Origin: Amoeboaphelidium protococcarum X5
Taxonomy: Eukaryota; Fungi; Aphelidiomycota
Assembly (NCBI GenBank): GCA_023515725.1
Contig: JALDTO010000057.1
Coordinates: forward strand, 62,001 to 126,000
Direction of reading: 5' to 3'
DNA: 64,000 bases
Positions 12,280 to 26,951 of the stretch are shown here, in pieces. Made by a program: the position numbers and the translations under genes. Positions within the stretch are counted from its first letter, which is position 1. Each line of letters starts with the position of its first letter. A model generated the notes under the pieces. The model made no database searches. It was not told where the DNA came from and saw nothing but the letters and a program-made list of their open reading frames with translations.

Positions 12280-12952
12280 TCAGAGAGAATCGTGCTACTC
12301 TGCAGCATCGTCAGTGACAAAGGATGATGGAGCTTGCTCACTCTTGCTAGTAGGCGCGACTGGAATTGATGGAATAGCCTCAATCTTTTGCTGCGGAGGA
12401 GGCCTCATCGACTCGGTAGCCATTCGGGATATCAATATCATTGCACCTTCAATAACGGCAAGGAATGTACCGCCAACTACAGCAGCAGTAAGAGCAGTCT
12501 TCGGTCCACCTCGGATTGCAAGACATCCGCCTGTAAGGGTACCTGAAAGAATGCTATTCCAAGGATCTTCCTTTCTTCTCATATACGCCAAAGAGCAATC
12601 AAACGCGCTAAACATTCCACCCCAGACGGCAAAGTTGCAACCAAGCACGGGAGCTCTCGATTTCACGGCAGATAGAGCACCCAAAAATCTTTCGCCCTAC
12701 CTGATCAGTTAACGAAAGAATATTATTATATCATTAATATCTAATCCATTGATTAAATCTTACCTTTGGAGAATTCTTCGCGCCTTTAACACCGTGCCAA
12801 ATACCACCACCAATCGCACCAAGTGCAAATGCACCTCCCAAATCATCCAATATTCTCCAAGGACTACATCAAAATATGCGTCAAATAATAAAGTAATACA
12901 AAAGACAATCTTACCAAGGATCGCGTCCATGCTCAATAGTATTTTATGCCAT
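12280..12952 (-). CDS. TIM17: Mitochondrial import inner membrane translocase Tim17 (2 introns)
   Basis: [59 protein letters not shown]. Confidence 0.95.
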
Positions 12953-13171
12953 ATTATGAATGTCTTTATCTAAAATCGCCAAATCAGTGTAATGCCCACA
13001 GCTTAACCCACAATTGTGGTAAAGGAGAAAAACGTGAAAACTCGCGATCAATGATGAAATTGGCAACTACATGCCAGACAGTCCAGACTTGATAATTTCG
13101 ATCTAAATCTTGTACTATCAAGTACGCGATTCATAAAGAGAAAATATGTAGAATCAAAGAATATATAACAT

Positions 13172-14652
13172 TCATGTGGTTGTTCCGATAGAGCAAAGGT
13201 TTCCGATCGGGAGGCAACCAAAGTATTGACACGCAGGACACAGCTGTTTCGCATCTTGAACTCCGTAGAACGCCCTAAAGATTAGCACATTGAACAAAAC
13301 TATCATACTCATTCCAATGACAAAGAGGATAGATTTCCTCACAAATGGACTCAACTTAGACCATCTCCATTTTGTTCTATTCCTTCCTACATCATCGTTG
13401 CGCTGTGAAGTCAACTTCCATGACACTGAAGGCAGGAATGCCAGTGAGCCGAACAATCCCATAAAGAATCCTCCAATGTGCGAAAAGTTGTCCACTCCTG
13501 GTATTAAACCAAGAGCAAACGATACAATGATCATGGCAAGTAGCTTGGCCAACTCAATCCATGGCTTTTTCAACACGCGCCAATTCTGAAGTAGATCTAT
13601 CAGTAGCACAGCAACGATGCCAAACAGCGCGCCACTACATCCCACCGACGGATTAGACTCGATGCCAAACGCGCCGCCAAATGCAAATCCAAACACTCCA
13701 CTCAGCAGGTAGATTGGTGCTATTCTATACCAGCCAAATACCCTTTCCAAATAGGTGCACGTAGTCAACTAAAAACTAAAATTAATTAGTATATGCAACA
13801 GACCTCCATGAAGGAATATCGGAGCTATAAAGCGATACCTACAACAACAACACGCATGAATAAGATATCACAAAGATTTTTTAATTAAGCATACCATTAG
13901 TCTGGCTATTAACCGTCAGCAAGAGGACACAGATCCTGGAGAGAACACGTGGTACTTCCATTGGAGCTAATGCCTCTGGGGCACTCAAAGAATTGACCAT
14001 TCAAGGTACTGTTCTTCATACATGGCACAAAACGCGCCCCTAATCTGATGAGAGTAAATGCTGAAGGCCCAATCAAGATATTAAACGGACTAGTCTGTAT
14101 AAGCTCACCTGTCAGCTACTGATTTCTAACAAAAGCCACAATCATGAGGATCACCTGTACCACTGATACAGTCCATATAAACCAAGGGCGAAATCGCGGA
14201 TTCTATCTTCTATTCACTTGTCTTCTAACCGAAGAATCATTGATATCGATTAATGGCCTTTATTTGACTTTCCTTGATGAAGTAGGTATATCTGGTAGCT
14301 GTTTACTATTTGCCATCCCACCAAACTGGCCATCATCGTATTATTACCGCACAGGAGATCTCAGCCTGACACTTTGCTAATCTTCATTCCAAAAGTTGCG
14401 CGCAATAGCCTCATCCGAAAATGTATCATTACTATCATCGCGCCTCATACGACTCCTATCTCCATCTGGCACTATTTCATCAAGCTGATAATTACTACAA
14501 GTTATTTTAAACTAAAATATTAAGTCAAGTAACTTATTGCGACATTTAATCAAGTTTACTAACCTTTGCGAGTGTTTCAAATTATACTGAGCATCACCTC
14601 CGTAATAAGACAATGGAGCTTCATCATCATCAATATCCTACTAATAATTCAT
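13172..14652 (-). CDS. Rhomboid family serine protease (introns near 13839-13893 and ~14497-14562)
   Basis: ILIGPSAFTLIRLGARFVPCM, FIAPIFLHGGLLHILIN, catalytic GCSG and DNFSHIGG. Confidence 0.9.
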
Positions 14653-14830
14653 ATCTCCTGTTGAATACAGAGTGTCAATCTATTGAATTAATTTGAAAAA
14701 TGTTATCAAATAGTAATCATCAATTATGAAAATAAAAATCAGACTTAAAAATAGCAAGTATTATTCCAACACAACGTTAAACCACACGTTCAAACAATTA
14801 TATAGATCCACGTTCAGTTCAATCATATTA

Positions 14831-16103
14831 TCACTTAGACTTTTCACCATTCGCAGCATCCGTAGCACCTGCACCAGATTACTGTTGGGTGGTTGAAGCA
14901 TTAGCGTGCTAGTTCCAGCTCAAATAGCTATGGTCTCCCAGTTTACGTGGTGATACATACTGCTTAATTAAGAAGATGATACCCAGGAATAGACAGATAC
15001 AACCGACAACCATGTATGCAACACCCAGGAATGGATTCTTACCACCGAGCCAAGACGTGGTGCTCAACACAATACCCTTGGTACCGGAGAAGTAAGAGGT
15101 TGGGAAATTGTACTCGATATCAATCTGATAGCTACCAGGCTGCAAGTCATCAGCCGTATTCTTACCATACAACTTTCTAAATGTTGGCAGACCAGCGGTT
15201 CTCATCCACACCTGGAAATGTTCATCAGTCTGAGGATTAAAGATCATTTGTGATGGATCAGTTGAACCAACAACAGCAGCCCAGGTGCTTCCATTCAGCG
15301 ACTTGCCTCCAATTCTTCTATTTACCCAATTTCTAGGAGGTGCAATCTTATCCAATGGAATAGAGGTAAGAGCGTATTTGCTCTAGTCTGAAGGCCAGCT
15401 GATGCCCTTCTCACTGAACGTATAAGTCTCCGACGGGTTGGAAGCTTATGAAATTCTAAAAGAGTCAGCACCAGCTACAGGAGTACCAATAGTATCATTG
15501 AATAGACTGTTGGCAATGAGGCCACAAGGATAATAAAATACATCGTTAGAAGCCTTATCTAGAGGAGCACAATTAGTTGATATGGAGGATGTATCAGCAG
15601 ATCCTTTCAATTAAGTAGCATCAACACTCTTGACATAATTTCTATGATTCTGATAGAAGTTTGTAAGGCGATAGTAAAGGAAGACGGGAGCCTTGAAAGT
15701 GGAGTCGACATTAAACTAAATAGAGCAAGTACTAGTGGCAGAATTGTATCTCCACGCAGTAATAGGAGATTTATCGCTGACTGCAGTAAAAGTGCTAGGT
15801 GCATTTATACAGTCAGTGTAATCAAAAGATAATTCCTGGACACTATTACTGGTAACGTAAAGACCAGCTCCAAGAGGTACAAATATCAGACCGATGATAA
15901 AGAACGTGGGTAGCACAGTGCGGGGAGTAAGAATAGGCTACCAGGCCTTCAATCTTTACTGTTTAAAGGCAGTATCTACACATATTATGACGGACAAATG
16001 ATAATAATTAGGAAATTATACTAATGATACAAATCTTACTAGCAGGCTTTCTGGATCTTATTTTTGATCCTGTCGCTGTGTCCTTGACAGATTCTGCCAT
16101 CAT
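14831..16103 (-). CDS. CDC50: CDC50/LEM3 family phospholipid flippase beta subunit (intron ~15979-16039)
   Basis: [66 protein letters not shown]. Confidence 0.95.
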
Positions 16104-16782
16104 TTCTACTGTTATTTTCAAAAGCTTTTCTTTCAGTCCAGAGAGAGATCCTGAAGAGATTGAAGATGAAAATGTAAAAGAGGAAGAGACAAACGGATCA
16201 ACAATTGTTTGAGCACGAGAGAGAGAGAGAGAAGCACATGATTATAACACGAGAAACGTTTGCATCTGAACATGAACTCGTCTTTTAATCATCCAAGCTG
16301 GGAATAGTATGTGTCTTGCATAAAAGCATAAAGCATTGAGACGCCACCTTAATGAATTTGAAGTTTGACACATTCGATTCATGTTTAGACCAACTTTAAG
16401 CTATTTATCTGATCAATTTCGTTTCACATTTACTATTACTTTCAAACTGAACTACGATTTGTCTCAAAGTAGTCTACTACCTCTATTGCAGTTGTCTAGA
16501 GATTGACATTATTTAATAAACGGCATTTAGGAGGATTTGATCAATATTTTTATTTACTCAAGTGACTAAAAGGTATTAAATGCGTCGTGTCTATGTGGCT
16601 ATTTTTATGGTACTCATCCCGTAGCTATCAAGTCATGAAGCACGATCTATTTTTTGAGTATATCTGGTTGTTAATATTGCATTATTTATATCCAGCCTTT
16701 ACTTTAATTTTAGTCAGTAGACTCTGCCCAAGAAATTCATCAAGCTGTCACATAATTAATCCACTTAGTTTACAACATCGAT

Positions 16783-21387
<4,605 letters not shown>

Positions 21388-21408
21388 TTATTGCCTTTTA
21401 GAAGAACA

Positions 21409-22503
21409 ATGACAACTATATCAATAGATTAATAGAAGCCATCATTTAAAGTTTTGGAATCTTGTAAACGCGTTAGTAGCAGCTCGAAGCATGTTTATAT
21501 CAATGTAGAAGGCGTTGATAAAGCTGCACGCTGGATTGCAACAAAAATCAGTGATAGCGAATTCTCTTGGGATTAATGGTCGTAACATAAGCTTCATCCC
21601 AAAATAGGACAGAAATTCAAAAGTGGCCATGTACTTGGATACAAGGATGTGTTGAATTGGATATTTCTCAGCGATTTGCTCAATTATTCATTCTGGTGTG
21701 ATCCTGAATAAGTCTATAAAGTCACATATGATGGCGTCACTTACTCTGGCTATTGGACATTACACGCTTGTATAAATAGAGCTCTGGATGAAGGACACAA
21801 CTTGCTTAATGTAAAAGCAATGGTACAGCATTGTGATTATGATTTGTTTAAGAGCATATTTCGCGGCGATGATCCTGATATTGAAATGCCGCTCCTATAG
21901 ACGCGTTATGACAATGTGATGGAAGCCTACAAAATTATGGTGTAGAATTTTGATGCTCAATTTAGTAATATAGTTGCTGCTGCCAATAGAAATAGTCAGA
22001 AATTGATATCCATTATGCTCGAGCATTTTCCCACTTTTAGAGACGAGTCGCGTTACTTGTTAGATGGGAGTACTATGGATGTATACTTGTATAAACGAGT
22101 GTAAATTCTAGTAGCTGACGTATATGCTGCATTCAAAAGCTATCCAGAGTATACGAATGGAGATACTGAGTTTCTAGATATTGACAGCATCACAATGTTT
22201 GCTGATTACCGTGTTCCACAATGTCTCCTAGCTATAGATGTACTCTTATACAGCCAGCAGTTGAAAGACGTTCTCCACAAAGGTAGTCTCATAGAGAATG
22301 GTGATCCTATGGAAGTTGAAATTAGAGCCAATTCTATAATTGCAGTGGAGTAGATTGTTGATAGAATACGCGTTATCGATCCGGATCTGGTGCATAAAGT
22401 CAATGCCATCTTGGTAGACTTTTTTTTATGGGATTATGCAAAGTAAGAGTCATAAAGTATGAGCGACATTCCCATTCACAAGACTCGATGCATTTATTAT
22501 TGA
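21409..22503 (+). CDS. QNG1: Queuosine salvage hydrolase (DUF2419/C9orf64)
   Basis: WIFLSDLLNYSFW, YKRVQILVADV, ITMFADYRVPQ, EVEIRANSI, VDFFLWD, PIHKTRCIYY; absent from the ORF track because of TAR codons. Confidence 0.92.
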
Positions 22504-22595
22504 TTGATTATTGAACGAAATTAAAAGGAACTGAAATGTTAAGACAAAATTTTTCTACATAATCAATTTATTAATGCCGGGTAACCTCAAATTAC

Positions 22596-22829
22596 TCACT
22601 ACTTATCACTTTCAGCATCCTTCTTCTTCTAGACCAAGTCTGACCATCTCACTTGCAGATACTTTGAGGGCATCTTCTTTTCCCATTCTCTGTCTTCGAT
22701 GGTCTTTGCGTACCTAGAGTGAGGATCAAGACCCAGCTTGACCAAATGGAAGGTGGATAGACTAACAGCCAAGCCCATAATGCCAATGATGATAGCAGTC
22801 TCAGGCTTACGCAAAGCAGTACGAATCAT
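22596..22829 (-). CDS. Small single-TM protein, NDUFA4/COXFA4 (B12D)-like
   Basis: 77 aa; PE followed by a TM helix then DP, as in the NDUFA4 family. Confidence 0.5.
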
Positions 22830-23567
22830 TCTTGAATATATATTCTTCTAAAGATTATGTAAAATAAAAACGTGCAAGTAGACTTGGTATTATTTAGAAT
22901 CGCTATTTAGATGAAAAAGGGAGCAGGTGAAGTTTAGGATTTTAGACTGATCGGCTCACTAAGAAAGATTGCCGAGAGATTCAACATGTTCCGCCCGTAA
23001 ATATGCCGACAGACTACCTGCAACAAACACGGTATCCTAGCAACATCATTCTAGTGAATGAAATGACGTTGATAAGCGAAACCCATCAGCATGGCCTCAA
23101 CAGATAGGAATAATTTAATCTATTGGGAGCTGTTTTAAAAGCCGCATTATAATAAGATGACTTCATGGGAATTTCTTCAATATGAACTTTCGAATGAAGC
23201 GAGGCGGGAAAATAGTGGCGGATCAATCATTCGTGCACCAAGTCCTTTTGAAATTTTTTATCCATAAAGTATTTGTATGATAGTTGGTCTTATTTTAAAT
23301 ACGATTATCAATGAGATTCTATATATTTTTACATACTCTTCAATACAAGTCAATAATCTAATTACTCGTTTACTTTATTGCCAATCTTCTGAGCTTGTCT
23401 CAATACCTTAACAATACCAATAACTCCTGAGTGGTTTTAAGCTGCGACCATCCTCATTGATATCACAATGAAATGATGACTGGTCGTGTCACATCTCATC
23501 ATTGCATTGTATTCAATGCTTACTGACAGTGTTCTAATTCTTTCATCGCAATACTGATCATTAGAAA

Positions 23568-25804
23568 ATGTAGCCAAGCCAAAAACGTGAATTATCTGCG
23601 GCTGCAAAGACAGCACTAGAAGATTTCAAAACTTAAGCATATCATCAAGATATTCCCGTATTTCTCTCCGTGTGTGCTAAGGTGATCAATGAGTTGATAT
23701 TCGGATAGTCAAAGAACTTGGCGCATCATCATTTGCCGCATTTGCTCCAGTATTTGCCCCTTGGTATAATACTAAATCTGAATGGTTTGGACATTATGTT
23801 TGGAATGGCAACACAGACGCGTTCAATTAACGACTGTTGTTAAAATGCACTGACAAGGACTGGAAAATACCGTAATCTTAATAAACAGAACACTCCTTAA
23901 CAGCAAAGTTCAATCCTAATTTGAATCGTAAAGACATGGGACAAAACGTAAGTGAGAGCCAGGAGAAGTAAAGTTTTAGTCAGGTGCAGCATTAAATTGA
24001 GAATATCATTGAATCCAAAATGCGGAATCAGTAGATTGCATCAGATACAGACTCTCTAATGGCTAAATGGAAATCTAAGCAGTAATAGTCGTCATCTAAG
24101 AGTTTGAAGAAGAAGAAGAAGAAGAAGAAGAAAGTGCTACAGCTTTCGGAATAATCTCTAGTGGCGTTGGAAAACATGAAACCAAAAATCGGCAAGATGA
24201 AAAATCGGCGAGAGATTGCCGAACTGAATCAGTATGATCAGATACGCTCGATTAATATTCGTATATTCCCTGATAAGAAGTTCATACACAAATTCAATGA
24301 ATGGCTGGATCTCAAGTTTCAAATGGTCAATTTCATCATTAACATTTTGAATGATTCCAGAGATTAAGGAGAAAAGGTGTCAATACAAGCGCTAAGGAAC
24401 CATGTTGCGCTAAGTTAAGTCAAAGCCAAAAAGTGCCGCGTGCCTGATGACGACCCAAGATTGCGTTGGATGCGAATGCCATCTACAGTGCAAGATGAGA
24501 TTATTAATGCGACTCGCACGTATTACTATGCGGCTCATGAGAAGTATACAAAGGGTGATATCAAAGACTACAACTTTATGCCAAATAGAGATGATGATTA
24601 GTTTTAGATGCTCCAGTTTCAAGCGTAAGATGCCCGTGTAGATCCAGATAGCAATCGCGTCCGCCTACTGCCTTCATTCCTCAAGAGCTTTGGGAAACTG
24701 TATGCCAAAGATCCTCTATTCTAAGAGCCTGGCAAGATTGACTACTGGCCCCGTTTCATCAAGTTTGGCTATGGCAGAGGAAGAGAGTTCAAGCTCGTGA
24801 AAAGAAGAAAAAAGTTCTTTGTGATTGTTTCGTATGATGCCTCCTGTATATAAGGTCCATTCACTGATTGGTATTACTAGCAACTGCAAGATATGAATAA
24901 TGCAGATGAGAATCTTGAAGGTGCTAGATCATTTATAAGCCGCCGTGATGCGCGTTGCCGTTAAACTGGAAACACTTGCTCGGTGGATCCAGGTGTTAGA
25001 GTGAGCATGACCGTCTTCGATTTGGATCGCAGGTCATTCATTGCGATTGCGCCTGATTTCAAGTAGCTTTATAAGAATAAGAGTGAATAGATTTCCAATG
25101 CATAGTCTCTGAAAGATTAGATGGATAATCGCGCAGCTGCTTTACAGAATGGACAATTGAGTCTGGAGGAGTTTAAAGCGTAGAAGAAAGAATTATGGCA
25201 CACATGGAAGTAATCAAAGAATAATGTTGTTCCCACTGATATTGGCATTAGTCGTGCTTACACCAAATTCTCTGCATATGTATCGAATTTGCATAACCGA
25301 ATTGGCAACTTTTTGATGCGGCATTATGATCTAATCATTCTTCCCGAGTTTCTGACTATTAAGATGGTGAAGAAACGGAGAAAGCGTTTGAATCTACCTC
25401 CCGTTCTAAGTGATACGGCCGATGTACTGGTAACACACTCGCGTGGTTAATAAAATTCTGGGCATATTCTCCATAAAAATACGCGGAAGACTCTATTGGC
25501 GTTTAGCCATTACAAGTGTCGTATGAAACTTATTGCAATGGCATAAGCTAATATATTTAGATCTGGAAAGTAAGTGCTCGTGACAACGGAGGAGTTTACG
25601 TCGAAACAACATCCGTTTCAGAATGTGCTACATAACTGTCTTGGTGCTGATGAGTACTTCATGTTGGGTGATTTTCGTGCATATCGGGATAATGTTGGAT
25701 CATATAATGTTATGTCTCGAAGTTTTTCTAAGGAAGAAGTGAAATTGGTTACTGCGAACTAAGCGGATTAGACACTATACAAGGAGTTCGTGATGTCCAT
25801 ATGA
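23568..25804 (+). CDS. Fanzor2-like RNA-guided endonuclease (eukaryotic TnpB); apparent frameshift near 23693, in-frame ATG at 23936
   Basis: TGA-free frame 23693-25804 with ~27 TAA/TAG after 23936. Motifs: RSINIRIFPDK; RuvC-I CSVDPGVR (D 24986); LHNRIGNFLMRHYDLIILPEF; FSHYKCR; VTTEEFTSK (25589); RuvC-III RDNVGSYN (D 25688); K9 tract. Confidence 0.88.
24107..24133 (+). repeat. (AAG)8 AAA microsatellite encoding nine lysines in Fanzor (possible NLS)
   Basis: Directly visible, in frame with the Fanzor ORF. Confidence 0.8.
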
Positions 25805-25908
25805 AGGTCTTGCAAGAGACTCTATTGCGCCTTGCTTAACATCTGATCACTAAATCATAGAAGTGTTTTGTAATTGCTTATCGTTATGCTCGTACTATAC
25901 TGTTACTC

Positions 25909-25993
25909 TGCTATTAAGGGGCTATGTGGGGACCCCAATGAAAAGATTGCTGGAGCTTTTTTAAAGTGTACCAATGATCGATTAACCCACATG
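25909..25993 (+). ncRNA. Putative Fanzor omegaRNA scaffold, copy B (guide would follow: TTTCCCGATCCAGAC...)
   Basis: Begins ~105 nt after the Fanzor stop; conserved with 9579-9663; similarity ends abruptly after CCCACATG; hairpin plus pseudoknot potential. Confidence 0.68.
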
Positions 25994-26167
25994 TTTCCCG
26001 ATCCAGACATTACAACTATCTATTCTCACAGAAAGCCGCACTGAAACGTTTATAAGAAGTTGACGCGTTTCTCGATATCCATCTTCAGTTAACTCAGCTG
26101 ACCTGCTACTGAGAATTAAATACTGCCACGGTTTATTACTATTAATTGAATCGCTTAACTATTTAAG

Positions 26168-26893
26168 ATGAATATGCACGATTATTATCCTCGTAACATT
26201 AATCTTAATGACTATGTGCCCAATGATATGAGCACACAGGCTATTTTGACAACTTTCTTTGGTGGTTTCGGTGTAATTGCTCTGGCTGCTTACGTTGCAT
26301 CTGGCTACAGCAAGTATAGAATCTGTCAATGTGATCGCTTGGCTATTGTGTGGTTCGCTCTCTGTGGCTGTATCCATACATTCTTTGAGGGACATTTTGT
26401 GATGAAGGGCTGGAACAACCAGCTCCCTTCCGATATGTCTCTGTTTGGACAGGCATGGAAGGAGTACGCCAAGGCTGATTCCCGTTACATGACTAGCGAT
26501 CCAACTGTGCTCTTTATCGAAATGATTACCGCTGCTCTGGAAGGTCCTGCTAGTCTGTATCTGGTCTATAGTTACATGTACCAGACTCCGGCTCGCTATT
26601 TGCTCCAGCTCTTGGTCTCTGTCGGTCAACTGTACGGGTGTGTAGTGTACTATGCATCTAGCTGGTACCACAACTTTTCAGAAGTTAATCCTCATCCTCA
26701 CTACTTTTGGGGGTACTTTGTTCTCTGCAATCTGCCATGGATCATTGTGCCGATCATGTTGACCGTTGATAGTTGCAAGAAGATTTACACTGCGCTGTGG
26801 GAGAGCAATTATCGCGTTGGCTCTGTTCGTGAAGCAACTATGGCTGACAGTGCCAAGACTGTGGGAACTGCTAAAAGTAAGAAGAAGTTGTGA
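26168..26893 (+). CDS. EBP: Emopamil-binding protein, sterol delta8-delta7 isomerase
   Basis: HDYYP, WFALCGCIHTFFEGHF, QAWKEYAKADSRY, GQLYGCVVY, YFWGYFVLCNLPWIIVP. Confidence 0.95.
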   Translation: MNMHDYYPRNINLNDYVPNDMSTQAILTTFFGGFGVIALAAYVASGYSKYRICQCDRLAIVWFALCGCIHTFFEGHFVMKGWNNQLPSDMSLFGQAWKEYAKADSRYMTSDPTVLFIEMITAALEGPASLYLVYSYMYQTPARYLLQLLVSVGQLYGCVVYYASSWYHNFSEVNPHPHYFWGYFVLCNLPWIIVPIMLTVDSCKKIYTALWESNYRVGSVREATMADSAKTVGTAKSKKKL

Positions 26894-26951
26894 TTGTAAA
26901 GTGTTCAGTTGTGTTCTAAGCAAAGTCTTTTCTGAAGATTTGACTCTATTT

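Larger units (their letters stand above)
23192..25993 (+). mobile_element. Fanzor (IS607/TnpB-derived) element; no transposase visible
   Basis: Boundaries inferred from similarity to the deleted copy at 8482-9663; contains the Fanzor ORF and the 3' structured block. Confidence 0.7.

Noticed and set aside
16217-16232. (GA)n tracts here and at ~48385-48401
   Set aside because: Short intergenic microsatellites; no CRISPR-like repeat-spacer array here or elsewhere in the window.
22950-23560. IS607 serine recombinase (TnpA) or terminal inverted repeat upstream of Fanzor
   Set aside because: No resolvase motif and no CATGTGGGTT inverted copy of the right end could be found.
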